Positions 8,553 to 16,527 of a stretch of 29,265 nt of DNA are shown here, piece by piece. The position numbers and the translations under genes are program-made. Under the pieces are notes generated by a model. That model saw only the letters and a program-made list of their open reading frames with translations, was not told the origin of the DNA and made no database searches. How positions within the stretch are numbered: the stretch's first letter is position 1; each line of letters starts with the position of its first letter. This stretch comes from a virus (Duplodnaviria; Caudoviricetes). The stretch is taken from positions 1-29,265 of IMG/VR virus record IMGVR_UViG_3300037465_000219; one strand, given 5' to 3'.

Positions 8553-8770
8553 TATTCTGCAGCTTCAGTAAAGTCAAGGAAATACTTCTTACCAGGCTTC
8601 AAGAACCCCATTGCTTTTTCATTGCTGATGGACATTGTCAAACTACCAGATGGAGTTGCTTTTGCAAACTCATTATCCTCTGGTGTGTTTGAATAAACCG
8701 CACACATTTTTACTTCTTCAGTTCCATAGCAAGTGTGTGTTACACTTTCAGCAAAAAATTTTGCTTTCAT
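8552..8770 (-). CDS. Small hypothetical phage protein
   Basis: 72 aa, AKF...EDNEFAKATPSGSLTMSISN...GKKYFLDFT; TAATG coupling to the J-like gene. Confidence 0.7.
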   Translation of the reverse strand: MKAKFFAESVTHTCYGTEEVKMCAVYSNTPEDNEFAKATPSGSLTMSISNEKAMGFLKPGKKYFLDFTEAAE

Positions 8771-8785
8771 ATTTAAAGTTTCATT

Positions 8786-9073
8786 TTAGCTTACAATAAA
8801 GTCAATCTCTATTCCCATAAATCCGATTCCTCCCGGTATTACATCTTGTTCCTGGTCTGCCGTTGCAGGGCACCACTTTTTGGTTTTAAACTCACCCACC
8901 GTACTTTCATCTGTTGCTTCGTCCGGCATTAATAGCTGCTGTCCGCTTTCTAACTCTTCCGTCACAGATATATCATTCAGCCGGGCCAGTTCATAGGCTG
9001 CATCTGCATCTCCCATTGCCTGTACAGCAATATCAAAGAGTGTTTGCCTGTCTTTAACAACTATTGTTCTCAT
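8786..9073 (-). CDS. LysM-like baseplate protein (P2 gpX-like)
   Basis: VKDRQTLFDIAVQAMGD...AYELARLNDISVTEELESGQQL LysM-type pattern. Confidence 0.8.
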   Translation of the reverse strand: MRTIVVKDRQTLFDIAVQAMGDADAAYELARLNDISVTEELESGQQLLMPDEATDESTVGEFKTKKWCPATADQEQDVIPGGIGFMGIEIDFIVS

Positions 9074-9089
9074 CGCTTTCTCTGTTTTT

Positions 9090-9137
9090 CCCTCTCCTCC
9101 CGATGTATATCGGGATATAGAGAGGGTTAGGGTAAGG
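9090..9137. repeat. REP-like element copy 2 with nested TCCCGAT..ATCGGGA palindrome
   Basis: ccctctcc tcccgatgtatatcggga tata gagaggg ttagggtaagg; supplies the last codons and stop of the 9127..9423 gene. Confidence 0.6.
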
Positions 9138-9423
9138 TTCGCTTCGCATCTATACTCAATTCACTTTCAGTAAAAACAATATTGTTCACCTGGTATCCGT
9201 CGGCTTCAAGGTTTAGTCTCACATCACGTCTCACGACTCCGTCAATACTTCCGTTTATTGCTCTCCTTATATTCACCCCGCACAACGGACTTTGTTTGTA
9301 CTCCCCCGGATAGCTGATCAGTATATCCTCAATATGCTGTTCATCACTTAATCCGATTCTGAAATCATCGTTCACTATCAGCAGGTCGCCATCGTCGTCC
9401 AGTAAAATATCTGTTGCGTCCAT
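9127..9423 (-). CDS. Baseplate wedge/sheath initiator (T4 gp25 / P2 gpW-like)
   Basis: DILLDDDGDL...DF.IG.SDEQH...PGEYKQSPLCGV; size and synteny. Confidence 0.75.
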   Translation of the reverse strand: MDATDILLDDDGDLLIVNDDFRIGLSDEQHIEDILISYPGEYKQSPLCGVNIRRAINGSIDGVVRRDVRLNLEADGYQVNNIVFTESELSIDAKRTLP

Positions 9424-9641
9424 CAGCTTACCGTATGATTTATTGTTCCTGTTACGGCTCCGTTTGGAGCAGTAAGTCCGTTTGTATAGTTGATACGCAG
9501 TTGTTTTATTTCCTCAATCAGCACATCAGCCAGCTGGTCACAAAACCAATCAGCCTGCAGTTCCCTGGTGTCGCCATGATTTTCTATATCCTGGTACACC
9601 GCCAGCAGGTTGTTTTTTAATCTCGTTTTATCTAAAGCCAT
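9423..9641 (-). CDS. Small baseplate-associated hypothetical protein (possible spike-tip partner)
   Basis: 72 aa, TGATG-coupled on both sides; directly follows the spike gene. Confidence 0.65.
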   Translation of the reverse strand: MALDKTRLKNNLLAVYQDIENHGDTRELQADWFCDQLADVLIEEIKQLRINYTNGLTAPNGAVTGTINHTVS

Positions 9642-10084
9642 CAGCTTAGCAGTTGAGTGAATTTTGTTTTAATCAAAGTCAGGGCTGCTACATTTTTGGG
9701 TGCATAGATGTTGATCACCTCCTGCGTCAGATCGGTCATCAGCGTGCCAAGATTGACAACCCCTTTCTGAATTTTAAACTTATCCGTTACTTCAAAAATC
9801 AAATCGCCGCTTTTATACACAAGTTTATCCGGCTCATCTACCAGGCTGACAAAGGCCACATCTTTATTCAAAAACGTAACAATCACCAGGCTGCCAACTT
9901 TAGGAATCACAGCAAAGTAATTGGTGGCATCAGGATTAACCGTTAGTCTCACATCCAGCACGGGTGCATCTCCATCCACCGGCAGCACATCGCATGTAAG
10001 TCCGTCCACCGTTTCAACGGTGCATACTTTGCTGTACATTTCTTCATTATCATGCAGCAGTTGATGTAGAAGCTCTTTTATCAT
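9641..10084 (-). CDS. Baseplate central spike (P2 gpV / Mu gp45-like)
   Basis: OB-fold-type TCDVLP...VLDVRL...IPKVGSLVIV; follows the hub gene. Confidence 0.7.
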   Translation of the reverse strand: MIKELLHQLLHDNEEMYSKVCTVETVDGLTCDVLPVDGDAPVLDVRLTVNPDATNYFAVIPKVGSLVIVTFLNKDVAFVSLVDEPDKLVYKSGDLIFEVTDKFKIQKGVVNLGTLMTDLTQEVINIYAPKNVAALTLIKTKFTQLLS

Positions 10085-11060
10085 TGATTATTGAATCAGG
10101 TGTTATTATTTGCCGGTAACCACTCACGCCGCTCAATATCCTTATGTTCTTTACCAGGTATTTGCCATCGGGGTGATATTGGTTTCCGATTATATTCGCC
10201 ACATCTCCTTTATCCAAAGCCGGTTCTCCAAACGTGGTAAAAGAACCACGATAACCGGTATATTTAAGCAGTTCCAGTTTCACTTTTGCTCTCCGCTCCA
10301 GCTCTGTTTTGTCCAGGTTATAAAAATGAAGTGTTCTTTGCTCACCATCCTCGTCACCCACTTCCACTTCAATCTTTGTATTGTTTCGTTGCCAGGCAAT
10401 TGCTTTTGCCTTCAGCTTTATATCTTCCTTCCGCTTATAGGTCAGATCACTGTCAATAATGTTCCATGAAAACTCAAATATTTCTTCTTTGCGGTGATCT
10501 GTCCACCATCCCCAACCAATATATAGGATCGGTTTCGTTACTCCGCTTTCTGTGATGTTTCTGAAATAACTGTAGATATTGTATTTGCTTTTCAGTTCAT
10601 CCAGCACATTTGCAATGCTTGCCTTACTGATTCTCCACTGACCAATATTGATTTCGTTGTCACCATAAACAACCTTTTCAATTCCTTTTGGAATTATATC
10701 CTCAATCAATTGCCGGACAGTAACAGACTTGTAGCTTTTGGTTATCAATTCTTTTTTCAGCAAGTACATGCTGTCTTCGCATTCAATGGTTACCGGCACG
10801 CCGGCCTTTATGTCTTTCACATATCCGATAAACCTTGTTTTCAGCTTGCCATCATAACCAAGTTTCACAATCACCTTATCGCCTCTCTGCAGAATAGGAT
10901 CATCATCAATAGCAATCTTCTTTCCATCCCATTCCAGGCGGCGGGGTATGGTGATCCTGCAGGTATCAGTCAGTGTTTCAATATCCTGGTTGATCTCCAC
11001 GTTCACACAGTAGTCAAACTCATACTGCCCGATGCTGATATGTGTGCTAAGTACCAGCAA
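10050..11060 (-). CDS. Baseplate hub protein (P2 gpD / Mu gp44-like)
   Basis: 336 aa; LTDTCRITIPR, GDKVIVKLGYD, FIGYV, IECEDSMYLLK, GYRGSFTTFGEP. Confidence 0.8.
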   Translation of the reverse strand: MLVLSTHISIGQYEFDYCVNVEINQDIETLTDTCRITIPRRLEWDGKKIAIDDDPILQRGDKVIVKLGYDGKLKTRFIGYVKDIKAGVPVTIECEDSMYLLKKELITKSYKSVTVRQLIEDIIPKGIEKVVYGDNEINIGQWRISKASIANVLDELKSKYNIYSYFRNITESGVTKPILYIGWGWWTDHRKEEIFEFSWNIIDSDLTYKRKEDIKLKAKAIAWQRNNTKIEVEVGDEDGEQRTLHFYNLDKTELERRAKVKLELLKYTGYRGSFTTFGEPALDKGDVANIIGNQYHPDGKYLVKNIRILSGVSGYRQIITPDSIINDKRASTSTAA

Positions 11061-11670
11061 TTCGTTGTAATTGTATCGGTCTGTCGCTAACGCAACTCAA
11101 TTCAAAGAGCTGTATATTTTGAAATCCTTCCCGCTGCGGAAAAGAATAATTGTCAATAACGATTTCATAAATCCCAAACAACTGTAAGAACTCGCTGACC
11201 ACCTTCAGTGATTCATTCAACTCTGCCAGGAATATCATATCAGCCACTTGTTCCTTCGGATAAGCCATACTGAACGGTGATACCAGTCGTCCCTGCAGTT
11301 TTACCATATAATCACCCCGGCTGATGAATTCCTTCACGGTTCCGTTTCTTCCCTGGATAGCTGTCTTTACAATGTTCTTTGTCTGATCCACCGTTACCAG
11401 CACATCTATCAATTGCATCTTCAGGCTTTCATCCTTAGTGCTTAGAATCACGTCAGCAAATACTGCGGTTCCGAGCATACTCACCGGAGGTTTATCGCTG
11501 TTTCCGGTGGTCATGTTAAAAGAAAGATCACTTATCTCACGTTTGCCAGAATCACCCTGTGTGCTGTCCTCCTGGCTGTTCTTCGGCTGCAGCTTGCGGC
11601 CAGTGGGGTACAGCTTCGGTTTTATATGGTCAAGTCCAAAATTCTTCAGTATGAAATTGAATTGATTCAT
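11047..11670 (-). CDS. Tail tube initiator-like protein (DUF6046-like)
   Basis: KNIVKTAIQGRNGTVKEFISRGDY...YP...L.LFGI..IVI...CVSD; follows the tape measure. Confidence 0.7.
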   Translation of the reverse strand: MNQFNFILKNFGLDHIKPKLYPTGRKLQPKNSQEDSTQGDSGKREISDLSFNMTTGNSDKPPVSMLGTAVFADVILSTKDESLKMQLIDVLVTVDQTKNIVKTAIQGRNGTVKEFISRGDYMVKLQGRLVSPFSMAYPKEQVADMIFLAELNESLKVVSEFLQLFGIYEIVIDNYSFPQREGFQNIQLFELSCVSDRPIQLQRIAGT

Positions 11671-11724
11671 CGTTCACTTTCTTCTCTGTCGTGCTTCAGC
11701 ATTAAGCAGGCTTTGTGCGTTGCG

Positions 11725-11753
11725 CTCCCCCTCAGGGGGGAGATGGAGGGGGC
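11725..11753. repeat. REP-like element copy 3
   Basis: ctcccc ctcagg ggggag atggagggggc abutting the tape-measure stop. Confidence 0.55.
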
Positions 11754-13606
11754 TATCCTCCTGCCAGGTTCGCATCATTCACAGCCGTCAATAACGCCTC
11801 CACCACAATATCTTTTGCCTTTGCCATACCATCTTTCATGGTATTGGTTGTAATATTCACTCCGCCGCTAACCAGGCTTCCAATGCTGATGTTTATATTC
11901 TTCACCTGGCTTCCGCTGTTTACGCTGTTAATGCCTGCAGTATCAAGACTGCCTGTTCCACCAGATCCTTTATTGCCATTATTACCGTTGTTATTACCAC
12001 CTGAATTTCCATTATTGCCTGCTTCGTCTGGTTTGATACCAAACTGAGCCATTGTATCTTCTATAATTTTTTTCTGCTCATTTCTTTTTTGTATATTCTT
12101 TTGGGTTACATCCTTATAAAATGATGAATATTGAACAGCATCAGAAAGCCTTACGTATGCACTCGAATTACCACGGTTAAAACCCTTATTATATGCGGCT
12201 GTTTTTAACTGTTCGAGCTTCTCATCTGTGCTTAGACTCGCATTATTCCTTACATCAGAAACCTGATCTTTACCCAAAATCTTTTCAGCAGCTTCTAATC
12301 CCGTTAAAAACCAATCTGCTGAGCCTGCAATAGAAGAGCTGATTCTGTTTTCTACTTCTTTAAGAGATTCCTGCATCCTGCTCACTATGGCCTTATTTTC
12401 CAGGCTTGTAATTACCTTGTTGATTTCTCCGTTTAATTCGGCATAGGCTTTCTTTTCATCATTAATATTGCTGAGAGTAATGTTGTAATTGGAATTCAGC
12501 TCGTCAAGTATTTCTTTTCTTCTGTGTTCAGAAATATTAGTGCTGTTCAGCTCGGCCTGCAATGCCCTTAATTCAAAAGCCTCTCGCTCTATTTTTTTGC
12601 TTAGTGGTATTTCAAACCACTTTCTTACAGTATTAACAAGATAATTCAGCGACCCGGTACTGTTTTTTATTTCAGGATTCAGCCTGTCGCCAATTGCCTT
12701 CCACATCAGATCAACATTATCCTTCAGGTTGCTAATTTGGCCGCCGGTTGTTTTGCTGATCTTTGCCATTGCACCGCTTACTCCCTGCGCCTGTCCAAGA
12801 GAAAGGATATATTCACGAATTGCCTGGCTGGTAAATTTTACCGTCTGTGTCTGTCCCTTGAAAGTGAATGTTACTTTATCACCTTCCTTCTGTGCACGGA
12901 CACCAAACTCTTTCAGCCGCTCAAACTCTCCCACCTGTGCATCAATCATTGCTTCCACCAGCTGGTCAAAATCTTTTCCTGTGCTTGATGCCAGGTCGCC
13001 CAATGATGTCAGTTGTTTTACCGTAGGAACAAACCCCTGGTTGGCCAGCTTTACATAACTGTTGGTAAGATTGTCAACCTGGAATGGCGTCTTGCTTGCA
13101 AAATCACTAATCATCTGCATGGCATCCTGCGCCTTGCCCCGGCTTCCGAATGTATTTGAAAGAACTGCTTCAAATTTTTGATACTTGCTTGTAGCATCAA
13201 TGGCGTTCCCTACTGCATTGGTTATGGTGGATGCGCCTAATAATGATATACCACCAATTAAAAAACCTTTTCCAAGCGAGCCTAATCCTGAACCCAATCC
13301 CCGCCTTGCGCCACCTCCGCCAATTCCTTCCAGCTTGTCCTTCTCTTTCTGCAGAGCTTTAAGTTCTCTGTTGGCGGCCCTGATTGCACTGAGATCAACC
13401 GTCAGCTTTTTTGTCTTTGTCAGCTGATCAATCCGCTTATTGATTTCATCAATGCTTTTTGCGGCCACCTTTCCCTTGTCAGCTACACCGCCAATACCTT
13501 TTTGTATCCGGGCAAATTGCTTATCACTTTTTGCTGCCAGCTTATCCAGCTTTGAACCATAGAGGTCACGCAGGTCAATGGTGAATAATTGTTTATAATC
13601 TGGCAT
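11753..13606 (-). CDS. Tail tape measure protein
   Basis: 617 aa, helical; FASKTPFQV..L...YVKL.N.GF...LGDLASSTGK.FDQL.EA..DA..GEFERLKEFG tape-measure domain; synteny. Confidence 0.9.
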   Translation of the reverse strand: MPDYKQLFTIDLRDLYGSKLDKLAAKSDKQFARIQKGIGGVADKGKVAAKSIDEINKRIDQLTKTKKLTVDLSAIRAANRELKALQKEKDKLEGIGGGGARRGLGSGLGSLGKGFLIGGISLLGASTITNAVGNAIDATSKYQKFEAVLSNTFGSRGKAQDAMQMISDFASKTPFQVDNLTNSYVKLANQGFVPTVKQLTSLGDLASSTGKDFDQLVEAMIDAQVGEFERLKEFGVRAQKEGDKVTFTFKGQTQTVKFTSQAIREYILSLGQAQGVSGAMAKISKTTGGQISNLKDNVDLMWKAIGDRLNPEIKNSTGSLNYLVNTVRKWFEIPLSKKIEREAFELRALQAELNSTNISEHRRKEILDELNSNYNITLSNINDEKKAYAELNGEINKVITSLENKAIVSRMQESLKEVENRISSSIAGSADWFLTGLEAAEKILGKDQVSDVRNNASLSTDEKLEQLKTAAYNKGFNRGNSSAYVRLSDAVQYSSFYKDVTQKNIQKRNEQKKIIEDTMAQFGIKPDEAGNNGNSGGNNNGNNGNKGSGGTGSLDTAGINSVNSGSQVKNINISIGSLVSGGVNITTNTMKDGMAKAKDIVVEALLTAVNDANLAGG

Positions 13607-13784
13607 TTAGAAAAGTGAATTTGGGATGGCCTTCCTTGATTGCCCATTTTATTTCGTTCCATACCAGGGCAAATCGCTCCTCGGTCATTTCATAGGGCTC
13701 CTGGTTGCTGTACATGCGGATGAGTGCCGCAATTTTTCTGAGTTCGTCCTTGCCTTTGACCGGGCTTACTCCGTACTCTTCAAT
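13593..13784 (-). CDS. Tail assembly chaperone -1 frameshift extension (gpGT-like, 63 aa)
   Basis: -1 frame after the A9 run reads IEEYGVSPVKGKDELRKIAALIRMYSNQEPYEMTEERFALVWNEIKWAIKEGHPKFTFLNARL*, filling the gap up to and overlapping the tape-measure start. Confidence 0.8.
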   Translation of the reverse strand: MEEYGVSPVKGKDELRKIAALIRMYSNQEPYEMTEERFALVWNEIKWAIKEGHPKFTFLNARL

Positions 13785-14188
13785 TTTTTTTTAAGCATGG
13801 CCTGTCGAATGCCAAGTATTTCGTCAATCACGGTGCAGGCACTATAGAAGAGCGGAAGATTATCCGGGTTATCTATATCCAGCATTCGCTCATCGCCTTC
13901 GAGCCACATGCTTTGCAGAACCAGCTTTTTACCTTTCAACGGGTGAGTATTTTCAAGCGTTAAGGCAAGGCTATAGGCTTCGAATCCGGGATATTTCAAA
14001 TAGGCAACGGCAAACTCTTTATAGTTATCACTTACAGGAACCATCAGCTTGTAAACCGTTTTCACTCCATGCCTGCGGCATATCTCTTCAAGCTCCGCCT
14101 CTTCTTTGCGTTTCATTTCTTCCAGTTCCTTTTCCAGTAAATCGGCAGCTTCGGCTGATGTGTGAGTAGTTAAAGTTTCTTCGGGCAT
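13766..14188 (-). CDS. Tail assembly chaperone (gpG-like)
   Basis: 140 aa acidic protein between tube and tape measure, ending in slippery CTT AAA AAA AAA TTG. Confidence 0.8.
   Translation of the reverse strand: MPEETLTTHTSAEAADLLEKELEEMKRKEEAELEEICRRHGVKTVYKLMVPVSDNYKEFAVAYLKYPGFEAYSLALTLENTHPLKGKKLVLQSMWLEGDERMLDIDNPDNLPLFYSACTVIDEILGIRQAMLKKKLKSTE
13784..13793 (-). promoter_or_regulatory. -1 programmed frameshift slippery site (T AAA AAA AAA)
   Basis: A9 run at the end of the chaperone gene with an open -1 frame downstream. Confidence 0.75.
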
Positions 14189-14276
14189 ATAGGTTAATTT
14201 TAGTGTTGATGGTAAAAAACTTAAAAGGGTACAGGATCACCGCACCACCCTGCCTGCCGCAGGCTGGAATGTTTGA

Positions 14277-14699
14277 TTATTTTTTCCAGGTAATATGAGA
14301 CACAATAAGCGGCAGTTCTACTTCAATCTTTGTATCTCCCTGGTTGGTGTTTCTTGCGTTCTTGGTAAACTCTGCATTGTGCAGCACATGGGTCTTAATA
14401 GTCGTTCCCACCAGATACTTTATGACTATATCAAATACACCATAATCCATCAGGTTGCCATTGGGTGCCCTGTCCTGCAGTGCTTCCACTTCGCTGGCAT
14501 AGATGGTAAGCGACGCTGTTGCCTGCTTGTTTCCGTAACCACGGCTCACCGGGTTGCTACCCTGGCCCCAATTATCTTCTTTCACCTGCATTTCATCATA
14601 GTTGATTGAAGTGATGCCTACAATAGGAACACCGCCGATATTCAAAACAATATCAGCCCATGCATGTTCCCGTCCGTTAATGAGTGGCGTAAGGGCCAT
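14277..14699 (-). CDS. Tail tube protein
   Basis: 140 aa following the sheath; INGREHAWADI...GITSINY...G.G.NPVSRGYG...EFTKN. Confidence 0.85.
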   Translation of the reverse strand: MALTPLINGREHAWADIVLNIGGVPIVGITSINYDEMQVKEDNWGQGSNPVSRGYGNKQATASLTIYASEVEALQDRAPNGNLMDYGVFDIVIKYLVGTTIKTHVLHNAEFTKNARNTNQGDTKIEVELPLIVSHITWKK

Positions 14700-14724
14700 A
14701 TATTAAATTTTAGAAGTTGTCTGA

Positions 14725-15900
14725 TTAAGAAATCTGCGTGGTGTAGCTGATCTTTACATTAAAGCTCCTGCTTACACCTACAGGTACATTTTGAATTACT
14801 ATCCGTACTTCGGAAGTGCTGAGCACATTCTGATCCGGGTCAACAAAAGTTTTATAACCGCTAAGCTCACCAGCCTGCTCCATTTCCAGCAGGGCACGGT
14901 CGCCAAGCGTTTCCAGGAAGGTTACATAATCCGGGCTCAGCTTGCCGGTTTGGGGATCAACACGAACCGGGCCATTCAATTGAGGCAGCAGATTTTTACG
15001 TACCCCACGGATAGCTTTATCCATTGTGCGGTTTGCTTCAATATAGGCGTAGTCATTAGTTCCCACTACAGCCGTATGGCTGTCGTTGATATACACCTGG
15101 CCGTCGCTTTCATATTTGCGCAGGAACAACCATCCTTTAACATCAATAGCATCAAGTGTTGCTTCAGTAAGGTTTTTTACCAGGTCGCCATTTGCAAATG
15201 CAGGCACATCCAGCTCCACCGCATTCATTGGAAACTTTTCCACCCAACCGATACACTCATGTACACGGGCCTTGCTTACTGCGCCCAATATGGCACCAAG
15301 TGCACTGATGCTGTAAGTGGCTGCTGATGTATAGAGTGATTTACCAAGTGCATTACCGTCCTGCGCCAGTATGCCGCTTACTTTTGGAGCTGTAAGGGTA
15401 CGAAGGCTGGCGAGTGACCCTGTAGCAACTCCAACCAGGTTGCTTGCAAGAAGCACATCGCTGATTGGCTTATGCTGGTTTTCCAGGGTGGTCATTATAG
15501 TTTGTATCAAACCGAAGTGAGCGGTATCAAAAGCCTTCTTTGTCCAGATACCCATGTTTCTGACCTTGCCTTCAGAAAAGTTCTGAACAGTTTCAATGTC
15601 GGCAAATGTGTGTGCGCCTACAGGCTCAGCATAGATAGCAATGAAAAGTTTAGCACCCGGATTGATTCGGTAAAATTCGCTGATGTGATAGTGCATGATT
15701 TTAATCAGCAGGTCAGCATTATCAGAAGTGATGCCTAAATCTTCTGCACCAACAAGATCATTTACTTCCTTTATCCGGTCATTGGCGCCGAAACCCGTTG
15801 GCAGCGAATCGGCGTAAAATATAATTGAAGTTATGTGATCTTCACCTGGTAAACGTCTGTTGAGTCCGCCCTGTCCTTTGGTGAATGTTATATTTGCCAT
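14725..15900 (-). CDS. Tail sheath protein (DUF2586-like)
   Basis: 391 aa; YHISEFYRINPGA, IGWV, DYAYIEANRTMDKAIR, DPDQNVLST, PVGVSR. Confidence 0.85.
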   Translation of the reverse strand: MANITFTKGQGGLNRRLPGEDHITSIIFYADSLPTGFGANDRIKEVNDLVGAEDLGITSDNADLLIKIMHYHISEFYRINPGAKLFIAIYAEPVGAHTFADIETVQNFSEGKVRNMGIWTKKAFDTAHFGLIQTIMTTLENQHKPISDVLLASNLVGVATGSLASLRTLTAPKVSGILAQDGNALGKSLYTSAATYSISALGAILGAVSKARVHECIGWVEKFPMNAVELDVPAFANGDLVKNLTEATLDAIDVKGWLFLRKYESDGQVYINDSHTAVVGTNDYAYIEANRTMDKAIRGVRKNLLPQLNGPVRVDPQTGKLSPDYVTFLETLGDRALLEMEQAGELSGYKTFVDPDQNVLSTSEVRIVIQNVPVGVSRSFNVKISYTTQIS

Positions 15901-15943
15901 CTATTTACAATTTAATCGTACTGTAAACTGTTGTTAACGATGC

Positions 15944-16363
15944 TTACTCTTCATGAGTGCCCACCGGTGTTAATGCCTGGTTAATAACCTCAGGTGCAAA
16001 CCCGGCTTTCTTCAGTTGGGCTTTCAGGCTGTTTTTATTAGTTACACCTGAATCGCTCAATTCTTTTGCTTTGGCTCTGGCTTGTTCGATCTGTTCGTTT
16101 TCTGTGGCCGGTGGAGTATTATCTCCGCCCTCTGGCTTTTCCGGTTCAGGATTAGCATCCTCTTTTTTACCGAAATCAAACTTGTGCAGCTGAGAATCTT
16201 CAAACTCTCTTTTCACGTTCTTTGCCTGGTGATCTTTTGCCAGCGATACATCTGAGGGCAGAAAATAATTACCATCCTCTGTTGCATAAACAACATCTGC
16301 TTTGTGCTGTTTTGCTATTTCTGCCGATTGCTTCTGCAATTCTTCTTTATCAATTCGTTTCAT
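15944..16363 (-). CDS. Hypothetical virion-associated protein downstream of the capsid gene
   Basis: 139 aa; YATEDGNYFL motif, P/E-rich linker, small C-terminal helical domain. Confidence 0.7.
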   Translation of the reverse strand: MKRIDKEELQKQSAEIAKQHKADVVYATEDGNYFLPSDVSLAKDHQAKNVKREFEDSQLHKFDFGKKEDANPEPEKPEGGDNTPPATENEQIEQARAKAKELSDSGVTNKNSLKAQLKKAGFAPEVINQALTPVGTHEE

Positions 16364-16477
16364 GATAAATGTTTTGTTTTAATGAAATCCGGTGTACTAC
16401 AGCATTTCTTTACCGCCTCCACCGGATTAGGTATGCAGCCTGGATATTAACTTCAAACTAAATCCCTTTTCCGATTT

Positions 16478-16526
16478 CCTTCTCCTTCATGAGAAGGTGT
16501 CCCGATGACAATCGGGACGGATGAGG
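16478..16526. repeat. REP-like element copy 4 with nested TCCCGAT..ATCGGGA palindrome
   Basis: ccttctc cttcat gagaagg tg tcccgatgacaatcggga cggatgagg directly after the capsid stop. Confidence 0.6.
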
Positions 16527-16527
16527 C

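Noticed and set aside
5866-15900. Extracellular contractile injection system or tailocin, suggested by the sheath, tube, baseplate and fibre-anchor motif
   Set aside because: Capsid, protease, portal and terminase genes are present and appear intact, and no eCIS-type AAA+ ATPase is seen, so this is a phage
7171-16526. CRISPR array or rho-independent terminators as the explanation for the palindromic intergenic elements
   Set aside because: Copies are dispersed and degenerate with no spacer periodicity, and no U-tract follows the stems on the coding strand
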